From the NCBI GenBank assembly GCA_963793425.1, contig CAWCAG010000005.1, positions 128,001 through 192,000 on the forward strand: a stretch of 64,000 nt of DNA, in the 5' to 3' direction. A program made the position numbers and the translations under genes. The notes beneath the pieces are model-generated. The model saw nothing but the letters and a program-made list of their open reading frames with translations, did no database searches and was not told the origin of the DNA. The stretch is from an uncultured cyanobacterium. GTDB taxonomy: Bacteria > Cyanobacteriota > Cyanobacteriia > Cyanobacteriales > CAWCAG01. Numbering within the stretch: position 1 is the stretch's first letter; the number at the start of each line of letters is the position of its first letter. Positions 8,949 through 17,696 of the stretch are shown here, one piece after another.

Positions 8949-10970
8949 ATGTCTCAAAGTAGTGCTAAAGCTAAAGCTTCCTCCTGGCAACCGACTACTC
9001 ACGTCGCAGATAAAAATAGTTTTACTAGCCAACCTTTTCCTGTTAAAGCTAAAAATGACCAAGAAACAAAAGCTGACCATAACATGGAGGGCTACAAAGA
9101 GCCTCAACCAGGTGCGATAGTAAACAATATCAACCATTCACTCAAGTCAGGCTCTGCTCCTAGCGGTGAACCTTCACCTTCAACAGGTAGAGGAAGTATT
9201 CAAGCAAAACTGACTATAGGGGAACCAGGAGATAAATATGAACAGGAAGCAGATAGCGTTGCCGCAGAGGTAGTACAAAGACTAAGCAACCCAGCTTCTC
9301 ATGCTCCTAGTTTTGAGGGAGGGAGTAGCCAGATACAAAGGCAATCAGCAATACCGATACTTCCACAAAAGCGAGAATCTACAGCACCAATGCCGTTGGA
9401 CATGGCTGAAACTATCGGGCAAAGTAATAGTGAGTTTCAACAACCACTTAGGCGCAAAGGGGAAGCAAATGTAGTAGAGCCTCAAGAAGATTTGGAATCT
9501 TCGTTAAATCAAGCTAAAGGGGGAGGAAAAGCTTTAGATGACAGCTTTCGTGCCAAGGTTGAACCCATCATGGGAGCCGATTTTAGCGGAGTAAACATTC
9601 ACACTGATAGTCGCTCAGACCAACTGAATCGCTCGATCCAAGCCAAGGCATTTGCCACAGGTCAAGATGTATTCTTTCGGCAGGGAGAATATCAGCCTGG
9701 GACTAAGAGTGGACAGGAGTTGATTGCTCATGAGTTGACTCATGTGGTACAGCAGTCAACGTCTGCTCCTACTGCTATCCAAAGAAAACCTGAAGATGCG
9801 GTCAAGAAAGCAAATACAATTGGACAGGACAAAGTTAACCAAATTAAGAAAGAATGGGAAACGTATCGAAGTAAATTAACAAGCTATAAAGATAATGAAA
9901 AAAACAAACAAGAGTATGACGAGGCTGTCAAAGAGTGGCGCAAAGATCAGACTAAACAAAGACCCAAAGCTAAAGAATACGAGTACAGTTCGCTCCTCAA
10001 AAAACCTAAGAAGCCAAAAGGTTTAAAACTTAAGGAGTTTGCAAAATATGAAGCTTATGAAGAGTTTCAGAAAGATAAAACATCAAGGAGAGGACTATAC
10101 ACCAAAGAAGATCAAGTCTTGATTGACCGTTTGGCAGAATTAGATACAGACTATATTAATGAAGGAAAAAATGAGCCAATTTTTACATTTCCAGAGGTAG
10201 GGCTTATTGAGACAGAAAACGGAGAGAAAATTGAGCCGAAAGAATTATTATTAAATATAGAGAAAGTTGGGAAAATACAAATACTACTTTTTGAAACAGT
10301 AAATAAAGAGAGTGAAGATAACGTCTTAGCCTGGATGTCTCACGGAATTTGGCTTAGGGACAAGCCCAAGGTTGATTTGAATAAACAAGAAGAAGATCCA
10401 AACGATAAGATGGGACTTAGTTTTGCTGTCAAAGGTGGGGAAAATCTCTCATTTGTGGATCCAGATAAGGTAGCAGAAAATGCTGGTAAATCATTTGGGA
10501 AGTTCAAAGATAAAGTAAATGAAGACAAAGAAACCGACAAAGAAAATCCCTACAAAACCCCTCAAGTACCTAACATGGTATTAGGCGCTCATGAGGAATG
10601 GCTTGGCAAAGAATATGAACAAAGAGCTAGCAAAATAGTTAAAAAAGTAATTGATATTGGCTCTGTCGCTGTTCTAGCTAGCTTCGAAGCATCAGAAGAC
10701 TACAAGAGTACTGTTTCTGAGGCAACTAGTGGCGTATTTAAAAACTACATACTGATAGATGATCTTCTCGAAATTCTTAAAGGGGATGACAAACTAAAGC
10801 AATACAAAAATCTCTATATGTTGACCTGTAGAACGGATATAATAGGCAAAAAACAAAGTAAAGACAATTCAGACCCAGAGAAAATTACCGCACGAGAATC
10901 TCCAGGTTATCCAGAGCCTATTAGCCCAAACCAGCTAGACTATACACATGATAATGATAATAAAAACTAA
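8949..10970 (+). CDS. DUF4157 (eCIS core) domain protein with divergent C-terminal putative effector domain
   Basis: IQAKLTIGEPGDKYEQEAD repeat; GADFSGVNIHTD...AFATGQDVFF...LIAHELTHVVQQ (HExxH); K/E-rich linker; C-terminal SHG...LTCR. Confidence 0.9.
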   Translation: MSQSSAKAKASSWQPTTHVADKNSFTSQPFPVKAKNDQETKADHNMEGYKEPQPGAIVNNINHSLKSGSAPSGEPSPSTGRGSIQAKLTIGEPGDKYEQEADSVAAEVVQRLSNPASHAPSFEGGSSQIQRQSAIPILPQKRESTAPMPLDMAETIGQSNSEFQQPLRRKGEANVVEPQEDLESSLNQAKGGGKALDDSFRAKVEPIMGADFSGVNIHTDSRSDQLNRSIQAKAFATGQDVFFRQGEYQPGTKSGQELIAHELTHVVQQSTSAPTAIQRKPEDAVKKANTIGQDKVNQIKKEWETYRSKLTSYKDNEKNKQEYDEAVKEWRKDQTKQRPKAKEYEYSSLLKKPKKPKGLKLKEFAKYEAYEEFQKDKTSRRGLYTKEDQVLIDRLAELDTDYINEGKNEPIFTFPEVGLIETENGEKIEPKELLLNIEKVGKIQILLFETVNKESEDNVLAWMSHGIWLRDKPKVDLNKQEEDPNDKMGLSFAVKGGENLSFVDPDKVAENAGKSFGKFKDKVNEDKETDKENPYKTPQVPNMVLGAHEEWLGKEYEQRASKIVKKVIDIGSVAVLASFEASEDYKSTVSEATSGVFKNYILIDDLLEILKGDDKLKQYKNLYMLTCRTDIIGKKQSKDNSDPEKITARESPGYPEPISPNQLDYTHDNDNKN

Positions 10971-11031
10971 AGAACTTACTTCAACAATATGAGAAATAGT
11001 CATCATTTTGTGTCACGTAGCTATATCCTAA

Positions 11032-11297
11032 GTACAGGACAAAAGTTGTAAAGAGCGGCGAAACTCAGGGTAGTTTGCAGAACAAGGATTGAGAATAAGA
11101 TGGGCATTGCGTGGTCTAAACCAAGGCGAAAAATACTCTTGGCACGACGACCACGTTTTTTGAGGAGAATGGGATGAAATCGATGAAGCAACAGACCAGT
11201 TTTAAAAGACCAGCACAAAGCTAAAGTCACGCACAGCAAAGAGCTTGTGTAACCGTTCAGGGTCAAGAAGGTGGGTAGATTCAAGACGAAACTTTCT
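11032..11297 (-). mobile_element. IS4-family transposase C-terminal fragment with right terminal repeat (pseudogene)
   Basis: Frameshifted pieces read FRLESTHLLDPERLHKLFAV / TLALCWSFKTG...KKRGRRAKSIFRLGLDH / ...LQLLSCT*; ends in TTTTGTCCTGTAC. Confidence 0.85.
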
Positions 11298-11475
11298 GCG
11301 GGTCATGAAACCGTTGCGACTACGCTAGCTTGGACTTGGTATCTTTTAGGACCTCATCCTGAAGTCGGGGCAGGACAACATCTTTGTATTGGTAAAAGCT
11401 TTGCTGTGACCGAAGCAACAATTATTCTCGCTGCGATCGCTCAACGTTTTCAAATAGAGTTAGTTCCTCAACCAA
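11295..11475 (+). pseudogene. Cytochrome P450 fragment with large internal deletion
   Basis: I-helix SAGHETVATTLAWTWYLL..HPEV is joined directly to the heme-binding GAGQHLCIGKSFA motif. Confidence 0.8.
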
Positions 11476-11888
11476 GAGTTGAAGCCTATGCCCAACAGCA
11501 TTTAGCGGCTACTGAGCTAATTTTAAATTCATCAAAGTCTGCCAGGGACAAACTTAAGGACTATCTAATCAACCGCTTCCGGGCTGTACAAGAAGAACGA
11601 CTAGGAGGACTTCATGCTGCTGAATTAGCTAGGACTGTGATGTAGCTTAAACCACAGCTACAGCAAGAACAAGGCAAGTTGGTCAGAAACAATGTGTTAG
11701 GAATTTTACAAGAAGGTATACAAAAAAATGTCTTCCAGATTAATAATTTAGAGCAGGATCTCGAAGTGTTTTTATACTCAATCGGTTACTTTTTCCCCTT
11801 AGCTACGACGGAAAAGTACTACGAACCAGAAGAGGAAAAGCTTTGTTTAGTTATTGATTGGTTTATTCAGCAGTGGTGTTGCGAATAA
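11476..11888 (+). pseudogene. TetR-family regulator C-terminal fragment with in-frame stop
   Basis: SARDKLKDYLINRF...GILQEGIQKNVFQI is in one frame, split by TAG at 11643-11645; no HTH domain. Confidence 0.55.
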
Positions 11889-11978
11889 TGATCTTTGCTG
11901 CTGTCGCTAAGTTTCAAAACAGCTACAGAGCAATTAAGGTAAAATTTTAAATTAGATTTGCCAAGGAAGAATTAAGTA

Positions 11979-12950
11979 ATGACAACTGAAAGTAGTAGCG
12001 ATCGCAGTGCCAAAGCCCGCCAAATGTTAGGGATGAAAGGTGCTGCACCAGGAGAAAGTTCTATATGGAAAATTCGCTTGCAGTTGATGAAACCGATTAC
12101 CTGGATTCCTCTAATTTGGGGGGTGGTTTGTGGTGCGGCTTCTTCTGGGGGCTATAGCTGGACATTAGAAGATATTCTTAAAGCCGCTGCTTGTATGTTG
12201 CTTTCTGGACCATTAATGACAGGTTATACCCAAACCTTAAACGACTTCTACGACCGAGAAATTGATGCTATTAACGAGCCTTATCGCCCCATTCCTTCCG
12301 GGGTGATTTCTGTACCTCAAGTCATCAGCCAAATAATCATTCTCTTAGTTGCTGGCTTAGCTTTAGCCTATGGTTTAGATCGTTGGGCAAATCATGATTT
12401 TCCTATGGTTACTTGTTTAACCATTGGGGGAGCATTCCTTGCTTATATTTACTCTGCCCCACCATTAAAGTTGAAAAAAAATGGTTGGTTAGGTAACTAC
12501 GCTTTAGGGGCAAGTTATATCGCCTTACCTTGGTGGGCAGGTCATGCTTTATTTGGAGAGCTTAACTGGAAAATTGCCATCCTCACCCTCATTTATAGCC
12601 TAGCAGGATTGGGTATTGCCGTGGTTAATGATTTCAAGAGTGTGGAAGGGGACGAAGAGTTAGGTTTAAAATCTTTACCAGTCATGTTTGGCATCGGCAC
12701 AGCAGCCTGGATTTGCGTTTTAATGATTGATTTGTTCCAAGCAGGCATTGCTGGGTACTTAATCGCCATACACCAAAATCTCTATGCAGTGTTGCTAATA
12801 CTATTAATCATTCCCCAAATCACTTTCCAGGATATGTACTTCCTGCGCGATCCCCTCAAAAATGATGTTAAATACCAAGCCAGCGCTCAACCTTTCTTAG
12901 TTCTGGGAATGTTAGTAACAGGTTTAGCACTAGGTCACACCATTATTTAA
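11979..12950 (+). CDS. chlG: Chlorophyll synthase
   Basis: RLQLMKPITWIPLIWGVVCGAA, NDFYDREIDAINEPYRPIPSG, NDFKSVEGD. Confidence 0.98.
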   Translation: MTTESSSDRSAKARQMLGMKGAAPGESSIWKIRLQLMKPITWIPLIWGVVCGAASSGGYSWTLEDILKAAACMLLSGPLMTGYTQTLNDFYDREIDAINEPYRPIPSGVISVPQVISQIIILLVAGLALAYGLDRWANHDFPMVTCLTIGGAFLAYIYSAPPLKLKKNGWLGNYALGASYIALPWWAGHALFGELNWKIAILTLIYSLAGLGIAVVNDFKSVEGDEELGLKSLPVMFGIGTAAWICVLMIDLFQAGIAGYLIAIHQNLYAVLLILLIIPQITFQDMYFLRDPLKNDVKYQASAQPFLVLGMLVTGLALGHTII

Positions 12951-13002
12951 GTCAAAAGTTAAAACCAATCCCTGATAGCAAGGGATAAGCTGTAAATCAA
13001 TA

Positions 13003-13039
13003 ACTGATGCCTAACGGCAACGGCAAGCCGTACATTGAT
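13003..13039 (+). repeat. Dispersed 37-bp intergenic repeat (inverted copy at 51790-51826)
   Basis: ACTGATGCCTAACGGCAACGGCAAGCCGTACATTGAT; one mismatch to the reverse complement of 51790-51826. Confidence 0.85.
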
Positions 13040-13063
13040 CATTGATAACTAATAATTGAATAT

Positions 13064-14008
13064 ATGTCTGGTAGCGAAGTTAAAGCGGATTTGTGGATTA
13101 AAGAATACATCACTCCTTGGGATGTTTATGAACATGGTGTTACGAAAATTCTGGCTTATCAGAAAACGGCCTATCAAGAAATGTATATTGTAGAAACTGG
13201 AGCTTATGGTAAAGCTTTAGTCTTAGATGGTAAATGGCAATCTTGTACTGGGGATGAATTTCTTTATCATGAAGCCTTAGTGCAGCCAGCAGCGATCGCC
13301 CACCAATCACCGAAAAAAGTTCTTGTCCTTGGTGGTGGAGAAGGGGCCACAGTAAGGGAGGTGTTGCGTTGGCAAAGTATTGAACGGGTATTAATGATTG
13401 ATATTGATGCTGAGGTGGTGTCAGCTTGTCAAGAACATTTACCGGAGATGCACCAAAATGCTTTAGATGATCCTAGAGTGGAATTACTCATTGCTGATGC
13501 CTTAGAAGTACTGGACAACACCGCAGAAAAATGGGATATCATCATCTCTGATCTTTCTGATCCCATTGAAGAAGGGCCTTCTTTCCAGCTATTCACCAAA
13601 GAATACTTCAGCAAAATTCAGCGAGTTTTGGCTCCCGGAGGTTACGCAGTCATTCAAGCAGGGCCAGTAGCCCCAGCAGAAATAACCCTCCATGCCCGCT
13701 TAGTACGTACCTTACAAGCCGTATTCCCCCACGTCCATTCCTACGCTTCCCACGTCCCCACCTATGCCTCTCCTTGGGGTTTTGCCCTCTGTTCAGAAAC
13801 GGAAATAGCAACTCGCCCTGATCCCGAAGCAGTCGATCAACTATTGCAAGAAAAAACTAAGGGAGGATTGCGCTTAATTGATGGCATAACCCTATTGGGA
13901 ATGCTCCAAACCCCAACTTATATTCGCCAGGCGATCGCCCAACAAACCCAAATTTATACCCTCAAAGAACCCCCTAAGTTTTTCGGTAAAGGAACTTTAC
14001 AAAGCTAA
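13064..14008 (+). CDS. speE: Polyamine aminopropyltransferase (spermidine synthase family)
   Basis: LVLDGKWQSCTGDEFLYHEAL, VLVLGGGEGATVRE, DIIISDLSDP. Confidence 0.92.
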   Translation: MSGSEVKADLWIKEYITPWDVYEHGVTKILAYQKTAYQEMYIVETGAYGKALVLDGKWQSCTGDEFLYHEALVQPAAIAHQSPKKVLVLGGGEGATVREVLRWQSIERVLMIDIDAEVVSACQEHLPEMHQNALDDPRVELLIADALEVLDNTAEKWDIIISDLSDPIEEGPSFQLFTKEYFSKIQRVLAPGGYAVIQAGPVAPAEITLHARLVRTLQAVFPHVHSYASHVPTYASPWGFALCSETEIATRPDPEAVDQLLQEKTKGGLRLIDGITLLGMLQTPTYIRQAIAQQTQIYTLKEPPKFFGKGTLQS

Positions 14009-14050
14009 TTGGCGACAACTAACTAATAGTTGCTAATGGCTAAATACTCT

Positions 14051-14091
14051 ATCTCCCCAGCTCCCTAGCTCCCCATTCCCCCAGCTCCCCA
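14051..14091 (+). repeat. Short tandem octamer repeats (CTCCCCAG/CTCCCTAG), STRR-like
   Basis: Related runs at 41829-41878 (inverted), 43380-43431 and 51849-51881. Confidence 0.7.
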
Positions 14092-14300
14092 AGCAAAAAA
14101 GCACTCAAAGTAAAAAGTCTATACTTATAAAGGGAGTAAGCCCCCTACTGTTTTGCTGACGGGGGGTATAGAATTAAACACAATTATTGGTTTAGTAGTT
14201 ATATAGTGAAAGCTGCATCCCCAAAAATTGGATTTAGCTGATTTGGTCTGAAATTTATTTTGTCTACTACTTTTAACGCTCATTTTTGCCCTGGAAAAGC

Positions 14301-15494
14301 ATGAATATGTCCTTCAAGCAGCTATTTATTTATCTAGGTTTATTAGCCCTCGGCAGTGGTACAGGTTTCTTAGGTAGTTTCTATTTAATTTCTCAGGATT
14401 GGGAAAATAAGCAGTCTCCTGCTGTTATACCGGCCTCTTTACAATCTACATCTCTTCCTTCTGTTCCAACTTCTCAAGGTAACGTCAATTTTATTGCCGA
14501 TGCTGTCAAAAAAGTTGGCCCTGCGGTGGTTCGTATTGATTCTGCCCGCAGCTTTTCCTCGGAAAACATGAAACCCTTTGAACATCCTTTTTTCAAACGC
14601 TTCTTTGGTGAAGAAGGAGTTCCTGAATCCCGCCCCAGAGTGGAAAGGGGTACAGGTTCAGGATTTATTCTTAGTGATAATGGTCAGATTATTACCAATG
14701 CCCATGTGGTGGAAGGTTCGGATTTAGTTAAAGTGACTTTAAAGAATGGCCAAACCTATGAGGGTAAGGTGGTTGGTAGTGATCCTATGACTGATGTGGC
14801 TGTGGTTAAAATTAACCAAAAAAACTTACCCACAGTTAAAATAGGTCAAACCAAAGATTTAACTCCCGGAGAATGGGCGATCGCAATCGGTAATCCTTTG
14901 GGGCTGGATAATACCGTAACCGTAGGCATTGTTAGCGCTTTAGGTCGTTCTAGCGCCCAAGTGGGAGTTCCCCATAAAAGAGTTAGTTTTATTCAAACTG
15001 ATGCTGCTATTAACCCCGGCAACTCTGGTGGTCCTCTTGTCAATGCAGAAGGAGAAGTGATTGGTATTAATACAGCTATTCGGGCAGAAGCCCAGGGTTT
15101 AGGTTTCGCCATTCCCATCGAAACTGCCCAACGTATTGCCGAAGAGTTGTTTAGTAAAGGAGAAATTGCCCATCCTTACTTAGGCATTCAAATGGTCACT
15201 TTAGATCCAGAGGTTAAGGCAGAAATTAACCAAGATAGCGAACTTGGTTTACAAGTAGAAGAAGAACAAGGAGTTCTCATTGTTCGGGTTATTCCCGAAT
15301 CTCCGGCAGCCCAAGCTGGTTTCCAAGAAGGAGATGTTATTCGAGAGGTAGGACAAGAATCTGTGGCTACCGCAGCAGATGTTCAAACCCAGGTGGAAGC
15401 AAGCAAAATTGGTGAACTGTTGGAAGTTAAGGTAAAACGCCAAGGGGCTGTCAAGGCGATTAAGGTACGTCCGGGAGAGTTTCCTGTTGAGTAA
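14301..15494 (+). CDS. hhoB: HtrA/HhoA/HhoB family serine protease with PDZ domain
   Basis: N-terminal TM; GTGSGFI, TNAHVV, DVAVVK, IQTDAAINPGNSGGPL; C-terminal PDZ domain. Confidence 0.9.
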   Translation: MNMSFKQLFIYLGLLALGSGTGFLGSFYLISQDWENKQSPAVIPASLQSTSLPSVPTSQGNVNFIADAVKKVGPAVVRIDSARSFSSENMKPFEHPFFKRFFGEEGVPESRPRVERGTGSGFILSDNGQIITNAHVVEGSDLVKVTLKNGQTYEGKVVGSDPMTDVAVVKINQKNLPTVKIGQTKDLTPGEWAIAIGNPLGLDNTVTVGIVSALGRSSAQVGVPHKRVSFIQTDAAINPGNSGGPLVNAEGEVIGINTAIRAEAQGLGFAIPIETAQRIAEELFSKGEIAHPYLGIQMVTLDPEVKAEINQDSELGLQVEEEQGVLIVRVIPESPAAQAGFQEGDVIREVGQESVATAADVQTQVEASKIGELLEVKVKRQGAVKAIKVRPGEFPVE

Positions 15495-16170
15495 TGAGCC
15501 TTTGACGTAAAATAAATTCGGCGATCGCTAAATCTACAGGGGTAGTTACTTTAAGATTGGTTTCTTCCCCCTTGACAATTTGCACTGGTTTTTGACACTT
15601 TTCTAACAAAGCGGCATCATCGGTTACTTGCCAAGCTAATTTTCTGCCTCGTTGGTGGCATTCTTTCAATAGTTGTACTTCAAACCCTTGAGGTGTTTGG
15701 GCTGCCCAAAGCTTGCTCCGATCTGGAGTGCTTTGAATAAGTTGGTCAGCAACCACTTTGATTGTATCTTTAACAGGAACAGCCGCAATTAACCCCTGGC
15801 AACTAAGCAAAGCAGCGGCGCAACGGTTAAACAATTGTGGGGTTACTAAACATCTTGCCCCATCGTGAATCAAAACCCGTTTAGCTTCATCAGGTAGCTT
15901 TTGCAAACCATTGTAAACAGATTCTTGGCGAGTATTTCCCCCCGGAATCAGCATTACAGGTTTGGTTACATTAACCTCAGCAACAATAGCCTTAAAATCA
16001 GGAAAATCTTGGGGTTGACCAATAATACCAAGCCAACTAATTTCCTGGGCTTTTTCTGCTGCTAGCAACGTCCAGGCCAGTAAGGGTTTACCCAATAAAG
16101 TTAATAATAGTTTGTTGCGATCGCTGCCCATTCTACGACCCATTCCTGCGGCGGGAATTAATAAATACAT
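15460..16170 (-). CDS. ispD: 2-C-methyl-D-erythritol 4-phosphate cytidylyltransferase
   Basis: LIPAAGMGRRMG, GGNTRQESV, VLIHDGAR, AQTPQGF, TDDAAL, NLKVTTPVDL. Confidence 0.97.
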   Translation of the reverse strand: MYLLIPAAGMGRRMGSDRNKLLLTLLGKPLLAWTLLAAEKAQEISWLGIIGQPQDFPDFKAIVAEVNVTKPVMLIPGGNTRQESVYNGLQKLPDEAKRVLIHDGARCLVTPQLFNRCAAALLSCQGLIAAVPVKDTIKVVADQLIQSTPDRSKLWAAQTPQGFEVQLLKECHQRGRKLAWQVTDDAALLEKCQKPVQIVKGEETNLKVTTPVDLAIAEFILRQRLITQQETLPDVP

Positions 16171-16380
16171 AGTGAAAGTAGTAGCTTGTTGTTGCCTAAC
16201 AGCTTATCCCGCCTCGTCAACCTCAACAAGTTATATTAAACCCCAGGTACATTTGGTCTATTTGCATATTTCTACTAGTGGTCTGTCATTTTTGCTTTTG
16301 TGCGTTAACAATCTCTAAAACTCTTTTAGGACAAGGTATAAAAAAGCGAGTAACCCATATTATCGAGATTGACAGACTAC

Positions 16381-16408
16381 TAGCCACTAGCCACTAGCGA
16401 TTAGCAAA
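16381..16408 (+). repeat. Heptamer tandem repeats (TAGCCAC/TAGCGAT/TAGCAAA)
   Basis: Four tandem heptamers; a similar run lies at 41887-41928. Confidence 0.6.
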
Positions 16409-16452
16409 AACCAAAATTTAGGCTGTACCTTATTAGACTAGGAATTACTGTT

Positions 16453-16785
16453 TTAACATGGTGCATAGTCAGCAATAAATTGTCTTTTAAAAGGGGACTT
16501 AAATGCCAAAACTATATCCTGTTTAGGAACTCCTGCTTCTACTAATTCGTTGGCTACTCCGATTTCTGTGCCATCACTCTGAATCCAAATTTTGTTATCT
16601 TTGATGTCAATGTGGATTAAGCTGCCATATTCTCTTTCTTGGTCGTACCAGCCTACCAACATTACTAAGTAATGATTGTGTTCAGAATCAAAGATTAGTT
16701 GCACTTCTGCTGCATCATCTTGTAGGTGAGTAGTACGTCTTTTTAATATTTCTTGGACTACTTTTTTATAGTTCAAAGTTTCCAT
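16453..16785 (-). CDS. xisI: XisI family protein
   Basis: LIFDSEHNHYLVMLVGW, IHIDIKDNKIWIQSDGTEIGVANELVEAGVPKQDIVLAF. Confidence 0.93.
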   Translation of the reverse strand: METLNYKKVVQEILKRRTTHLQDDAAEVQLIFDSEHNHYLVMLVGWYDQEREYGSLIHIDIKDNKIWIQSDGTEIGVANELVEAGVPKQDIVLAFKSPFKRQFIADYAPC

Positions 16786-16990
16786 GAATATGTCTCCTGT
16801 TGCTACGCAGTTTTTTTCCTATTTCATCTATTATGTCTCGGTCTTTTTGTTAATGAGTAATGAGCAATAACTCATGAGTTCATGACTGTTATCAATCATG
16901 TTTTTATAAATTAACTTATTTCGTCTCTAAAGCAATTTAAAGTAATGTTCAAAGTTATTGTTTCAAGGGATCTACAATTAAAAAACAAAT

Positions 16991-17299
16991 ATGTATTCAA
17001 TTGAATATACTGAAGAAGCGTTGACAGATTTGGAGTATTTTCGTAAATCAGAACGTCAACTGATTCTCGATCAAGTAGATGGTCAACTTACTTATGAACC
17101 AAATGTTGAAACCAATAATCGTAAACGTCTCCGCCCTAATCAGGTTGCAGAATGGGAATTACGTATTGGTAAGTATAGGGTGTTTTATGATGTTACTACT
17201 CAAGTAAATACAGAAGTTGTCAAAATTGTTAAGGTTGAGGCTGTAGGATTTAAGGAACACAATCAATTATTTATTAGGGGAAAGGAGTTTAAGTTGTGA
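16991..17299 (+). CDS. Type II toxin, RelE/ParE family
   Basis: YSIEYTEEALTDL...WELRIGKYRVFYDV...V.AVG.K. Confidence 0.85.
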   Translation: MYSIEYTEEALTDLEYFRKSERQLILDQVDGQLTYEPNVETNNRKRLRPNQVAEWELRIGKYRVFYDVTTQVNTEVVKIVKVEAVGFKEHNQLFIRGKEFKL

Positions 17300-17541
17300 A
17301 AGTGATTAATATTTCCATTGATTCAACTTTCCTTAGCAACCTTCTTAAGGAAGCGATGAAGGAGAATATTATTTTGCGGACTGCTGAGGGTAGAGAATTT
17401 ATTCTGGCGGAGATTAATGATTTTGATAGGGAGATTGAATTAAGTCGGCAAAATCAAGATTTGATGGCGTTTTTAGAGCAACGGGGGCGAGAAACAAAGA
17501 CTGTTTCAGCCCAGGAAGCGAGACGGAGGTTAGGTTTGTAG
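17296..17541 (+). CDS. Putative antitoxin (Phd-like, downstream of toxin)
   Basis: GTGA overlap with the toxin; 81 aa; LSNLLKEAMKENIILRT..G.EFIL; C-terminal SAQEARRRLGL. Confidence 0.75.
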   Translation: MKVINISIDSTFLSNLLKEAMKENIILRTAEGREFILAEINDFDREIELSRQNQDLMAFLEQRGRETKTVSAQEARRRLGL

Positions 17542-17696
17542 AGGAATTAGACGGAAGTTTCTTTTTCTAGGTACAGTGTTGTTAGAAAATGAATAAGTAA
17601 TTTCTCTTACGTGTATATGCTATTTTAAATGAGGAATAGCAATAATATTTTTCGTGGGTGCGTTGTGGTTAGGAGTAAATTTATTTGTTTTAACCT

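Noticed and set aside
6957..10970. Prophage
   Set aside because: No integrase, capsid, terminase or tail genes.
15460..15494. Convergent 35-bp overlap of hhoB and ispD
   Set aside because: Short 3' overlaps of convergent genes are common, and nothing suggests a special function.
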